Positions 11,836 through 21,597 of a stretch of DNA of 64,000 bases are shown piece by piece. How positions within the stretch are numbered: the first letter of the stretch is position 1; every line of letters begins with the position of its first letter. The position numbers and the translations under genes were made by a program. Source of the stretch: Meyerozyma guilliermondii (taxonomy: Eukaryota). The notes under the pieces were generated by a model. That model was not told the origin of the DNA and searched no databases. It was given only the letters and a program-made list of their open reading frames with translations. The stretch is from positions 186,001 through 250,000 of the forward strand of contig CP128816.1 of NCBI GenBank assembly GCA_051546255.1, written 5' to 3'.

Positions 11836-11983
11836 AATCTTTCAGTATGCCGATATTCTTATGAAGCGATGAATATATGAATATTCATTTTCAGCTCTTT
11901 CTGCTTTGATCTTTTTGCAGCTTTCATGTCCTGCATGCGCCCGTATATATGTTGGGGTTGCGAATTGGAATTTGGCCAACTCT

Positions 11984-12883
11984 ATGCTATTTCGGGTCCC
12001 GTTGTTATTGATCCAGGCCGTGGCCACGTCGTTCGTGATTTGGATATGTCTATCCACTGCCCTTCCTCAGATCACTGAGCGGTACAAAAGTGGAAAAAGT
12101 TTCGTCAATGAACCGGAATATCCATATATACCTGTGGGGCCGCGGAGTACCATCAACAATTCCGAGATTTATTTCATCATTGCACATCCAGACGACGAAG
12201 TAATGTTCTTTCTGCCTTCGTTGCTTGAATTGAGTCGTCCAGCCCACCATAACAATGTCCATTTGTTGTGTCTTTCCACCGGAAATGCCGCACATCCTAG
12301 CATGGGTCCGATTCGGAGTAATGAATTGCGACGGTCGGCTCTGATATTGGGTCTCCCAGCTTCCAATGTGGTTATTACAGACCTGTTCAAGGACGGGATG
12401 AACGAAATCTGGGATCCAGCAGCCATAGAGACGGTTTTAAAGAAACATGTAAAATCGAATAATGCGAAAATTGTCACTTTTGATGAAGACGGCATTTCGG
12501 GCCACGCAAACCACATTAGCCTTTTCCGTGGCGTCAGCCGGTTTGCCAAGAACCATAATAAACAAGGTATGGAGCTTTATGTGCTCAAAAGTGTCAACTT
12601 TCTTGAAAAATATTCGTTCACCATGCTCACCAATATCGAGCTCATCTTTCACCACCTCTCAAAGCTGATCATTGGTAAGGTATTCAACGTCAGCGTGAAC
12701 ATCAGCGTTTTCAAGCTGACGATTGGCAAGAAGTCGCTTCAATTCTACTCCGATTTGAACATGCTTAGCGTGAGCTACGCAGCCATGGCTTACGGCCACT
12801 ATTCACAGATGGTGTGGTTTAGGTACGGCTGGCTTATATTCTCCCGCTACTTGAACCACAATCAGTTGATCCAAGTAGAATAA
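11984..12883 (+). CDS. GPI12: GlcNAc-PI de-N-acetylase (GPI biosynthesis)
   Basis: AHPDDEVMFF(S)P, TFDEDGISGHANH, HYSQMVWFRYGW motifs; first ATG at 11984. Confidence 0.95.
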   Translation: MLFRVPLLLIQAVATSFVIWICLSTALPQITERYKSGKSFVNEPEYPYIPVGPRSTINNSEIYFIIAHPDDEVMFFLPSLLELSRPAHHNNVHLLCLSTGNAAHPSMGPIRSNELRRSALILGLPASNVVITDLFKDGMNEIWDPAAIETVLKKHVKSNNAKIVTFDEDGISGHANHISLFRGVSRFAKNHNKQGMELYVLKSVNFLEKYSFTMLTNIELIFHHLSKLIIGKVFNVSVNISVFKLTIGKKSLQFYSDLNMLSVSYAAMAYGHYSQMVWFRYGWLIFSRYLNHNQLIQVE

Positions 12884-12888
12884 GTATA

Positions 12889-14103
12889 CTACAAATTACG
12901 GAACCCAAACTGCTTCTGGCACCAATTACTTCCATGCTCAAAGTACTCCTGTTTGGAGATGGAGATCTTTTCAAAGATATCCGATTCGGTAAGCTTTGCG
13001 GCGCCGTGCCATGGTCTTTCATCAGGGGCTATCTTTTCGTGTTCCTTTAACTGCACAAACCAATCCAGAGGAAGTTCTTTGACTAGTTCGCTGTGTAATC
13101 TCAGCTTGAAATTGGGCAATAATGATGAGCCGCCTACAATATGAATATTGGCCAGGAGAAGTGGCTGGGCAGCTACAGGACACGCCATAATACACTCCAC
13201 CACCAAGTCGGGCAAGTTTTTGAACGGGGTCAGCTGCAACAGCGTATTGGATGTAGATACATTGTCGAAGATTATTTCTGGATGGTAGAGTGCTTCCGGG
13301 ACAGAGAACCGTTCGTCAGAAAGCGTCAAGGATTGGGCGTCTGTTGGTGGTGATGCACCGTCCTTCACCACGTAACCTGTAGCGGTGGTTTTGAAGTCAG
13401 GTAGCACAAAATTGCAGGAATATTTCTTGCGGTTTCGAAGAGTCTTTTGGTAGTCGGTGGCTAGGAAGCAGGTTTGTTCCTTGATGGTATTTACAAGTAT
13501 AGGTTCGTCCAGGATATCGTAGTGGCGGAACGACACCATTTCACGAAGAAGACCGTTGAGAAGGTGGCCCCCCACCGGTAGTTTTTTGACTCCTTTCCAA
13601 TACACATTTTGATAGATGATGGGAATGATCCATGTAGCGTTATAACCGGCATCGATGACAACCTGAAAGTCAGCCGGAGAGCCACTGCCGTCGATCCACG
13701 GCACCAAAGACGCCGGAGTACACCGATAGTACTGGGAAAACCCGTATTCTTCAAACACAATCTGGTCGGTGTTGATGGAAAGTTGAGGAAGTTGAAAAGG
13801 TGTTTCTGTCAAAACAAGACTACACAGCAGCGCCTCGAACTCAGATGTCCCCACGTCGTCGAAGCAGTAGTCCCATATTGGCTTTTCAACCTCCCAAGTA
13901 GTTAAGTGGCCCTGGTCAAAAGGACGCTTGAAAACAAGTCCTGAGTAGTGTTGGGTTTGATTGACATAGTCATTCGATATATGGATCCTGCCATCTCTGG
14001 ACCTTGCCAATGTGTTGCGGTATTTTTTTGGATTCTTGGACGCGGCAAAACCGGCCTTGATGTTGTAGGAGCCGTTATCGACTACAAACGGCGTGGGTTC
14101 CAT
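12889..14103 (-). CDS. ARP6: Actin-related protein 6 (SWR1 complex)
   Basis: VVDNGSYNIKAG, DQIVFEEYGF, LPDF, ERFSVPE, EYFEHG; ATG at 14103. Confidence 0.93.
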   Translation of the reverse strand: MEPTPFVVDNGSYNIKAGFAASKNPKKYRNTLARSRDGRIHISNDYVNQTQHYSGLVFKRPFDQGHLTTWEVEKPIWDYCFDDVGTSEFEALLCSLVLTETPFQLPQLSINTDQIVFEEYGFSQYYRCTPASLVPWIDGSGSPADFQVVIDAGYNATWIIPIIYQNVYWKGVKKLPVGGHLLNGLLREMVSFRHYDILDEPILVNTIKEQTCFLATDYQKTLRNRKKYSCNFVLPDFKTTATGYVVKDGASPPTDAQSLTLSDERFSVPEALYHPEIIFDNVSTSNTLLQLTPFKNLPDLVVECIMACPVAAQPLLLANIHIVGGSSLLPNFKLRLHSELVKELPLDWFVQLKEHEKIAPDERPWHGAAKLTESDIFEKISISKQEYFEHGSNWCQKQFGFRNL

Positions 14104-14270
14104 GAAGAGAAACCACCGGCGCGCCGGTGCGATGTGGCTCTGGTGCGCGGCGCGGTCGGAGTCGGTGTGCCGGAAAACTGGCGCCTGGTACTTAAGTGTG
14201 GAAGAGCGATACGAGAAAAAAGTATAGGGTTCACAAGTTATCGACAAATAATACGCACTCTTTCAATTCA

Positions 14271-14330
14271 TACTCGTTCAATACTCATTTAATACTCAGT
14301 TTATACTCATTTCATACCCATTTAATACTT
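14271..14330. repeat. Degenerate 11-bp tandem repeat (TACTCATTTAA-like), about 5 copies
   Basis: tactcgttcaa tactcatttaa tactcagttta tactcatttca tacccatttaa tactt. Confidence 0.7.
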
Positions 14331-14450
14331 GCATTGCTTATATCTGTCACTTTTAACTACCCGGTACTCATCGATATATCAAATTCATCAAATCAATCGC
14401 TTCAAATTCTTCACCAAATCGCTACAATCCCTTCACCACCTCAACAATCG

Positions 14451-16235
14451 ATGGCTGTCTTTTCCAAAACACACGGATCCCCAAAAATAAAGGTCCATCA
14501 TGGCAAACACTCATCTCCATTGGCGCTCTCCATTCGTCTTGAATCCCCACCCATAATGCTCTACGGAGCTCCCCAGGACCTGTCCGGGTCGTTGGTTTCG
14601 GGGCTTCTCTTTCTCGAAGTCAACCCTACCAAAAAAATCAAACTTGAAAATGTTTCGTTGTCTCTCACCCAAACCGTCCACTACTCCAAACCATTCATTA
14701 TTCCATCGACTTCCGTGGCCGCTTGTTCCGACTGTACCACCAAGAAAACCGTGCTTGCAAGATGGGATGCTCTTACGTCTACAACAGAGTTCTCTCCTGG
14801 TCGCCATGCTTATCCATTTTCTCATTTGTTACCAGGTTCACTTCCTGCTTCGTGCAAGCTTGGTTCGCACATGACGAGTCTGTATATCAAGTACGAGTTG
14901 GTAGCGGAAGCTGTCGGCCGTGATATCAAGCACACAAAAGTTGTACTACCACTAGATATTACCAGGTCCATTTTGAGAGGCCCGGATCGCAATTCTTTGC
15001 GGGTATTTCCTCCCACCGAAGTCACTGCTTCTGCCGTTCTTCCCAGCGTTATATACCCAAAGCTGCAGTTTCCGATCGAGTTGAAGCTAGATAACGTCGT
15101 AAGCTCCAAAATGGATAAACGCTGGCGTATGCGGAAGCTCATTTGGAGACTTGAAGAGCGCACCAAGGTTCGTGCTTCGACATGCCAAAAGCACGAATCC
15201 AAGCTTCGCCAAACAGAAGAGTCACAACGCAAAATACGAAGTAAGTCTCCACCAAAATCGAATGCTGGTCTCCATCATAGTACAATTCAGACAGGAATGC
15301 TTATAATACCGGAAACTGAATCTCAACCCCATGAGCTTGACGCTGGAACTGACGGTGTGGAACATGAGGTAGAAGCACCAGAAAACGACACCACCGAGAC
15401 AGAACGAAGCAGACCCATACACGTTCACGAGACCTTTGTCGAGGACTTTCTTCGAGACGTTAGTCCCACACCTGCTCCTACAATCACACCTGCAGATTCC
15501 AACACCAGTTTACAACCATCTCCAACCAACTCCACCACCCAGCTTTACCTCGAAGAAGTGCGCACTGTATCACACGGAGAGATCAAAACTGGCTGGAAAT
15601 CAGACTTTAGTGGCCGTGGAAAGATAGAGTTGGTGGCAGATATCAACCTCATCAACTTTCTGACTGGCGTCCACAACCACATTGCCAATGCCTCCAGCGA
15701 CAACCACAAATTGCACGAGGACGACCAGGGACCCATAAAAGGAGCTAATGTGGCATGCGATGTCGAAGATCCCCAGCTAGGAATTTATGTGAGCCATACA
15801 CTCATCGTCGAGGTGGTGGTCGCCGAAGAGTTAATTCTGAATGAGAGGAAAAGAAGAACCCCAGGCCTTGAACCCGTTCCCTCGAATTCAAGTACGGCTT
15901 CAGCAGCAAGCACAACAAATTTGGCACCAACCACTAGCACTGGTGGACTGCCATCTCTCTCTGCTGGAGTCCCCACCGGAGCTGCCCGAGTTCTACGCAT
16001 GCAATTCAAAATCCCCCTAGTTGAGAGATCAGGACTAGGAATTGCCTGGGACGACGAGGTGCCTCCCACGTACGAAGACGTGCGCTCGTTGAGTCCTCCT
16101 CACTATACTGAGTCACCCAGCAGCATTAGCCTGGTGCTCCAAACACCCACGGTAATCAACGGGATTGGTCTGACTCCTTTGGAACCACGAATCTCTCGTG
16201 GATTGACAAGTGAAATCCAGGACTTGACTTTATAG
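14451..16235 (+). CDS. LDB19: Arrestin-related trafficking adaptor (Rsp5 adaptor)
   Basis: LESPPIMLYG, YPFSHLLPGSLP, RVFPPT, GWKSDFS, PTGAARVLRMQF, ERSGLGIAWDDEVPPTY (PY motif); ATG at 14451. Confidence 0.9.
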   Translation: MAVFSKTHGSPKIKVHHGKHSSPLALSIRLESPPIMLYGAPQDLSGSLVSGLLFLEVNPTKKIKLENVSLSLTQTVHYSKPFIIPSTSVAACSDCTTKKTVLARWDALTSTTEFSPGRHAYPFSHLLPGSLPASCKLGSHMTSLYIKYELVAEAVGRDIKHTKVVLPLDITRSILRGPDRNSLRVFPPTEVTASAVLPSVIYPKLQFPIELKLDNVVSSKMDKRWRMRKLIWRLEERTKVRASTCQKHESKLRQTEESQRKIRSKSPPKSNAGLHHSTIQTGMLIIPETESQPHELDAGTDGVEHEVEAPENDTTETERSRPIHVHETFVEDFLRDVSPTPAPTITPADSNTSLQPSPTNSTTQLYLEEVRTVSHGEIKTGWKSDFSGRGKIELVADINLINFLTGVHNHIANASSDNHKLHEDDQGPIKGANVACDVEDPQLGIYVSHTLIVEVVVAEELILNERKRRTPGLEPVPSNSSTASAASTTNLAPTTSTGGLPSLSAGVPTGAARVLRMQFKIPLVERSGLGIAWDDEVPPTYEDVRSLSPPHYTESPSSISLVLQTPTVINGIGLTPLEPRISRGLTSEIQDLTL

Positions 16236-16453
16236 TGTAATTAGCTACTTAATCCTGCCTAAACCCACCTCTACTCGCACATTTTGCACCCAATTATTTT
16301 CCACTTGCGACCGATCGTAAGCTGTGTTCCTGCAGCTAACGACGCAACAATTTCCTTGTCTCAATATACCAATTGCCTACGGAGTACACCACGCAATCGC
16401 CGAGGAATATTGAGGATTCCTCGTGAGCTTCTAACACTTCACAGATACCATAA

Positions 16454-19400
16454 ATGAACACAGACTCGACCTCGAGCCCCAATATGGTTCCAGACAACCT
16501 GGTTCCATCGATTGTTGAAAGAGGACATGGCCAAGTCGATTTGGATTCGAATTCTTTGAACCATTCCGACCATGAAATCTCTCAAAATGAACATAATGTT
16601 CGCAGAGTTCCCAGCAATTCATCAAGAATCGATGAGGACGAGCCATTGCTGATTTCCGTGCCTTCTGGTCATCACCTTCAAACCCCGAATATTCAAAAAA
16701 GAGACTCTCGTCGACCTAGCGGACTCAGAATTTCGTCCAGAGTGTCTTCGGTCACAATGCAGTCTTCTAATTCCAGTCCAGCATCATCCATGACCTCATT
16801 TCTCGACCATGAAAATCGTTCACAACCCAAAGACATACTCCGCTACCCAGTGGTGTCGACCCATGCATACTCATACGCTCATCTCTCTCCCAATTCGCTC
16901 GCCTTACGACTAAACGTTCTCAGGAGATCGTTGGAAATCATCAAGGATCATCCGAAGATGTTGCGTTCGTTCGAGAAAAACAGATCAATCCTGGACTTTG
17001 ATCCCCAGATTCCCCCACGATTTTACAACTCCGCCAATAATTCTTCAGAAGACGTCAGCCACAAGACCTCCAATGCCTCGTCTGCAGCACTTGCAGCGTT
17101 AATGCGTCCTCCCATGAAGCGGGCAGACAGTCTTCCAGCTCAAGCCTTGAAACAGAGAAAGGACGAAAAATACAAGTCCACCAAAATCGATGATGATTTG
17201 GCTCCAGAAAACATCGAACATTTCATCGAGTTGCTTGATAGAGACAACTCCAAGATTGCAGCAGACGAAGAAATCGCTTCGACACTCTATGACCTTTCGC
17301 TCATCGAGGAAAATGAGAACAAGGTCGATCATCTTGCGTTGCGATCAACGCTTCTCTACGCTTTATCCACCCCATTTTTGGATTCCGCAACTACTCCCAC
17401 CACCATTTTGGGTGGGAACCTTCCCCAGACTGGTGGTCAGAGCGGGACCCACACCCCAATCAGTGCATTTCGTCTGTCTGCAACGATTAGCCAATTGACC
17501 AATTTGAATCAGGGCAATGTCCCAAGTCCTCAGACAGGCACATTCTCTCGTCCTTTCCATAATATGACTCTGGGAAAGCATGCTCTTCCTCAGTCAGTCT
17601 TCTCCATGGAGGTTGATAGTCCTTGGTCAGTAAAGGGAGCAAATGATTTAGCCTGCTTGATGTTCGGAGTACTGAAATCCACCATTATATCCTTGACTCT
17701 TATGGATCTTATTGCACCTCAATTTCGCCACTTTGTGACGTCTCGCCTTCTTCACCAGGAGGACAAAAATATCATTCTTGCTGGCGAGATTGTTGCAATT
17801 GTCAGGCTGGGAGGCAGTGACTATGCTTGGACTTCAATGTGGGCTAAACGTACAGGATCGACTATCATTTGTATGTTTGAGCAAATTCCTTGTGATGCCT
17901 TTGACATGTTACTTCTGGCTCCTCGCAACAACGACGAACCATACACCGTCAAAAGTATCAAGAAGGTTGCGGGCCTGTTGATTGACGAACTTGGAGATCA
18001 AATTCACGGCATTAAAGATTTTTCCCACTCGCTCGCTGCTCAACTTAGCTCTCAAAGCAATCCACTAGCTGACGTTCCTCGCGACTATGAGGACATAACA
18101 CGCATCAACCTGACTAGATACTACACCATTCGTCTCAAATCACGAGAGAATATTCCCTGTGCCATCACCTCAAATCCTGTTGAATTAGACGACGATAGGT
18201 GGGAGGTGAAATTAAAGTTACATTCCATGCCTTATATTGCTGGAATGTTTGTTTTAGACTCTTATGACCATAGCGTTCTTTCGTGCAATAATGCTATCGC
18301 CAAGAACCTTTTTGGTATAGCGGCAGATGAACTTGTGGGCAACTCTTTCACCACTATAGTTCCCAAGTTTGATGAGATTCTTCTGCTAGGTCTTTCGGAA
18401 ACTGGATATGATATTCACGCCAATTCTGGGCTTGTTTTACCAGAGCACTTTTTCCGAAGATATGATGCATGGAGAAGGGCAGACGAGTCAGAGAACAAGG
18501 AACAACTTTTCTTCAACTCGCAGGGTATCGAGGGTTTACACAGAGACGGCTGCACCATTCTAGTGGACGTCCAATTGAGAACAGTCCAAGACACTTTCGT
18601 CTTGTGGGTAACTTACTCAAGAAAGACCAAGGCGAAAAAGAATGCCAAGAAAAGGCAAACACAAACCACCAAGCTGGAAGAAGAATTGGAATCTCCCAAA
18701 CGTAATTCCCTCAATGTTTCTCGTGTGCTGGAAAACAATACTCCTCTACAAGGCTTCTCGAGGAGCGACGTTGACCTCCCTTCACAGCTTCAATTGTTCC
18801 CGGAGAACGAGTCTGAGATCGTCGAACTAGGTTCGAGTAGTACAGAGGTAAGTCGTCACAATAGTTTCAAAGCTCCCAAGTCAAGACCAAAAACACTTGC
18901 GCTTCCAATAACTCACTTGAGCCTGCCATTCAATAGGTCGAATCTGTCGGAAAATATTGACGTCAAGATAGCCACGGCTTCTTCGCCAAGTCAACTGGCA
19001 GGAAATAAAGAAGCTGACGTTCAAGACCAGCTATCAAGTCTGCCTCTGCAATCTGCTACACCTGCAAGACAAGGTGAAATTTCACACAAGGAGTACACAG
19101 AAGAAGAATTGCTGCAATTGGAAAACGACTATATTGCTTCAAAAAAGCAGCAATCTGCTCTCTGGCCAGTCACTGTCGGTGACAAAAGAAGGACCAAAAA
19201 GTTTAGTGATTTCCAGGTGTTGAGAAATCTAGGTGAGGGTGCCTATGGAAAAGTGGTCTTGGTTCAACATCGACAAGATTCGGGGTATAAGGTGATTCTC
19301 AAGTGTATCGACAAAGAACGTATCTTGGTGGATACTTGGGTCAGAGACCGAAAGTTGGGAACCATTCCTTCTGAAATTCAGATCATGTCCTACTTGACTA

Positions 19401-19996
19401 ATGAACCACATCCCAACATTATGCGTATCATAGATTTTTTCGAGGACCGCAAGTACTATTACCTTGAAACACCTATCTTTGGAAACCCTCCAGCCATCGA
19501 TTTGTTCGACTTCATCGAGGTGAGATCAAATCTTATGGAGTCAGAGTGCAAATTCATATTCCGGCAAATTGTCCTGGCCATCTGTCACCTCCACAAACAC
19601 GGAATTGCTCATCGTGATATTAAGGATGAGAATGTCATTGTAGACGAGAATTGTGTCATCAAGATTATCGACTTTGGAAGTGCCGGTTATACCAAACTGG
19701 GACCATTTGATGTGTTTGTAGGAACCATCGACTACGCATCGCCCGAAGTTTTGAGAGGTGAAAAGTACGATGGAAGACCACAAGACGTGTGGGCCCTTGG
19801 AATTCTCCTCTACACAATGCTCTATAAAGAAAACCCATTCTACAACGTTGACGAAATCATGGAAGGAGACCTTCGCATTCCTTATACTTTCAGCGAAAAG
19901 TGCACAAATCTCATCCGACGCATTTTGGTTCGTGACATCCCGAGCAGACCAACAGTGGCAGATATCATGGATGACGAGTGGCTCAGGTCAGACTAA
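16454..19996 (+). CDS. PAS-domain Ser/Thr protein kinase (Psk1/Psk2 family)
   Basis: ANDLACLMFG PAS region, C-terminal kinase with GEGAYG, ILVDTWVRDRKLGTIPSEI, HRDIKDEN, DFG. Confidence 0.93.
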   Translation: MNTDSTSSPNMVPDNLVPSIVERGHGQVDLDSNSLNHSDHEISQNEHNVRRVPSNSSRIDEDEPLLISVPSGHHLQTPNIQKRDSRRPSGLRISSRVSSVTMQSSNSSPASSMTSFLDHENRSQPKDILRYPVVSTHAYSYAHLSPNSLALRLNVLRRSLEIIKDHPKMLRSFEKNRSILDFDPQIPPRFYNSANNSSEDVSHKTSNASSAALAALMRPPMKRADSLPAQALKQRKDEKYKSTKIDDDLAPENIEHFIELLDRDNSKIAADEEIASTLYDLSLIEENENKVDHLALRSTLLYALSTPFLDSATTPTTILGGNLPQTGGQSGTHTPISAFRLSATISQLTNLNQGNVPSPQTGTFSRPFHNMTLGKHALPQSVFSMEVDSPWSVKGANDLACLMFGVLKSTIISLTLMDLIAPQFRHFVTSRLLHQEDKNIILAGEIVAIVRLGGSDYAWTSMWAKRTGSTIICMFEQIPCDAFDMLLLAPRNNDEPYTVKSIKKVAGLLIDELGDQIHGIKDFSHSLAAQLSSQSNPLADVPRDYEDITRINLTRYYTIRLKSRENIPCAITSNPVELDDDRWEVKLKLHSMPYIAGMFVLDSYDHSVLSCNNAIAKNLFGIAADELVGNSFTTIVPKFDEILLLGLSETGYDIHANSGLVLPEHFFRRYDAWRRADESENKEQLFFNSQGIEGLHRDGCTILVDVQLRTVQDTFVLWVTYSRKTKAKKNAKKRQTQTTKLEEELESPKRNSLNVSRVLENNTPLQGFSRSDVDLPSQLQLFPENESEIVELGSSSTEVSRHNSFKAPKSRPKTLALPITHLSLPFNRSNLSENIDVKIATASSPSQLAGNKEADVQDQLSSLPLQSATPARQGEISHKEYTEEELLQLENDYIASKKQQSALWPVTVGDKRRTKKFSDFQVLRNLGEGAYGKVVLVQHRQDSGYKVILKCIDKERILVDTWVRDRKLGTIPSEIQIMSYLTNEPHPNIMRIIDFFEDRKYYYLETPIFGNPPAIDLFDFIEVRSNLMESECKFIFRQIVLAICHLHKHGIAHRDIKDENVIVDENCVIKIIDFGSAGYTKLGPFDVFVGTIDYASPEVLRGEKYDGRPQDVWALGILLYTMLYKENPFYNVDEIMEGDLRIPYTFSEKCTNLIRRILVRDIPSRPTVADIMDDEWLRSD

Positions 19997-20146
19997 CTTT
20001 TTCATAAGTATTTTGCTCTCCCCACATTTCGACCTGCATGTTGCTTTCACAAGAATAGCGGGGAAGTGGCTAGCCGATGCCGATGCCGATATCCGAACAG
20101 CTGATTTGAATCCCTTGTTCTTCATTCTCAACACTCGCAACTTAAA

Positions 20147-21385
20147 ATGGCCAGACTCAATTATCCTGAACGCCGTACTCAACAGGTTGGAAACCACCTT
20201 CGTCCTTCTTCGAAGAATCACGTAGTTTCCAAGAACCCCGATGATGTGGTCATTGTTGCTGCCTACAGGTCGGCGCTCACGAAAGGCAAGAAAGGGAGCT
20301 TCAAGGATGTTGGTACAGACTACTTATTGGTCAAGTTTATCGAGGCATTCCTCAGCAAGGAAGGAATTGATCCTACGATCATAGAGGATATTGCTTGTGC
20401 CAATGTGCTCAAGGCACGTTCTGGAATTACAGAACACCGTGTAGCTTCAATTAAGGCTGGAATTCCCGATACCGTTCCAATTGTTGCTATTAATCGTCAG
20501 TGTGCCTCTGGTCTCATGGCCATCGGTGACATTGCCAACAAAATCAAAACTGGCGAAATTGATTGTGGACTTGCCCTTGGTGTTGAGTCGATGTCGAAGG
20601 ATCACGGACCAAACAAATCCCGTCCAGAGATTACCAGTATCTACGACAAGGATGCGACCATGCAAAAATGTGTGATACCCATGGGCATCACCAACGAAAA
20701 TGTGGCCGAGCAACACAAAATTCTGAGAGAAGTTCAAGACAAGTTTGCTGCTGAATCTTTCACGAAAGCACAGCGGGCGCAGGAATCGGGAGCCTTCAGA
20801 GACGAAATTCTTCCACTTGAAACTATCCTCAACGACAAAACTCTGATCGTCGATCAGGATGAGGGTATTCGTAAAAATGTGACTGCTGAATCTTTGAGCA
20901 AACTCAAGCCGGCTTTCAAGCTGGATGGATCCACTCATGCCGGTAATTCGTCCCAGATCACCGACGGAGTTGCTGGAGTGCTTATGATGAGACGTTCATT
21001 TGCCCAAAAGAATGGTTATCGCATCATTGGTAAGTTTGTTCTCCATGTCTCTGTGGGAGTACCTCCCGAGGTTATGGGTATTGGACCAGCCTTGGCCATA
21101 CCTAGAGTGTTGCAGAAGACAGGACTCACAATTGAGGATGTGGATATTTTTGAAATTAATGAAGCTTTTGCTGCTCAGTGCATTTACTCTCAGCAAGCGT
21201 GTAACATTCCCGACCATAAATTGAACATCAATGGAGGTGCTATTGCCTTGGGTCATCCACTCGGAGCCACTGGTACTCGGCAATATGCCACCATTTTGAG
21301 AATTTTACAACCTGGACAGATTGGAGTGACTTCGATGTGCATTGGTGGAGGAATGGGTGCTGCCAGCGTAGTTGTTAAAGAGTGA
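20147..21385 (+). CDS. 3-ketoacyl-CoA thiolase, peroxisomal type (POT1/FOX3 family)
   Basis: NRQCASGL, NEAFA, GHPLGATG, MCIGGGMG catalytic motifs; PTS2-like RTQQVGNHL. Confidence 0.92.
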   Translation: MARLNYPERRTQQVGNHLRPSSKNHVVSKNPDDVVIVAAYRSALTKGKKGSFKDVGTDYLLVKFIEAFLSKEGIDPTIIEDIACANVLKARSGITEHRVASIKAGIPDTVPIVAINRQCASGLMAIGDIANKIKTGEIDCGLALGVESMSKDHGPNKSRPEITSIYDKDATMQKCVIPMGITNENVAEQHKILREVQDKFAAESFTKAQRAQESGAFRDEILPLETILNDKTLIVDQDEGIRKNVTAESLSKLKPAFKLDGSTHAGNSSQITDGVAGVLMMRRSFAQKNGYRIIGKFVLHVSVGVPPEVMGIGPALAIPRVLQKTGLTIEDVDIFEINEAFAAQCIYSQQACNIPDHKLNINGGAIALGHPLGATGTRQYATILRILQPGQIGVTSMCIGGGMGAASVVVKE

Positions 21386-21597
21386 TTAAGATATATATTT
21401 TGTATCTGGATACTGAAATGTATGCTTTACAGGCTCATGATCTACAGTCTTTACTAAGGGTTTATAGTTAACTACCATTTCTGTTAACGTCGATTTCTTT
21501 ATTTGCACCCATTTCTCATCGCAGTCTCAATCTCAAATTTCATCGCAACCTCTCCTACGTTTTCAACCAACACCAACTATAATATTCCAATGCATAA

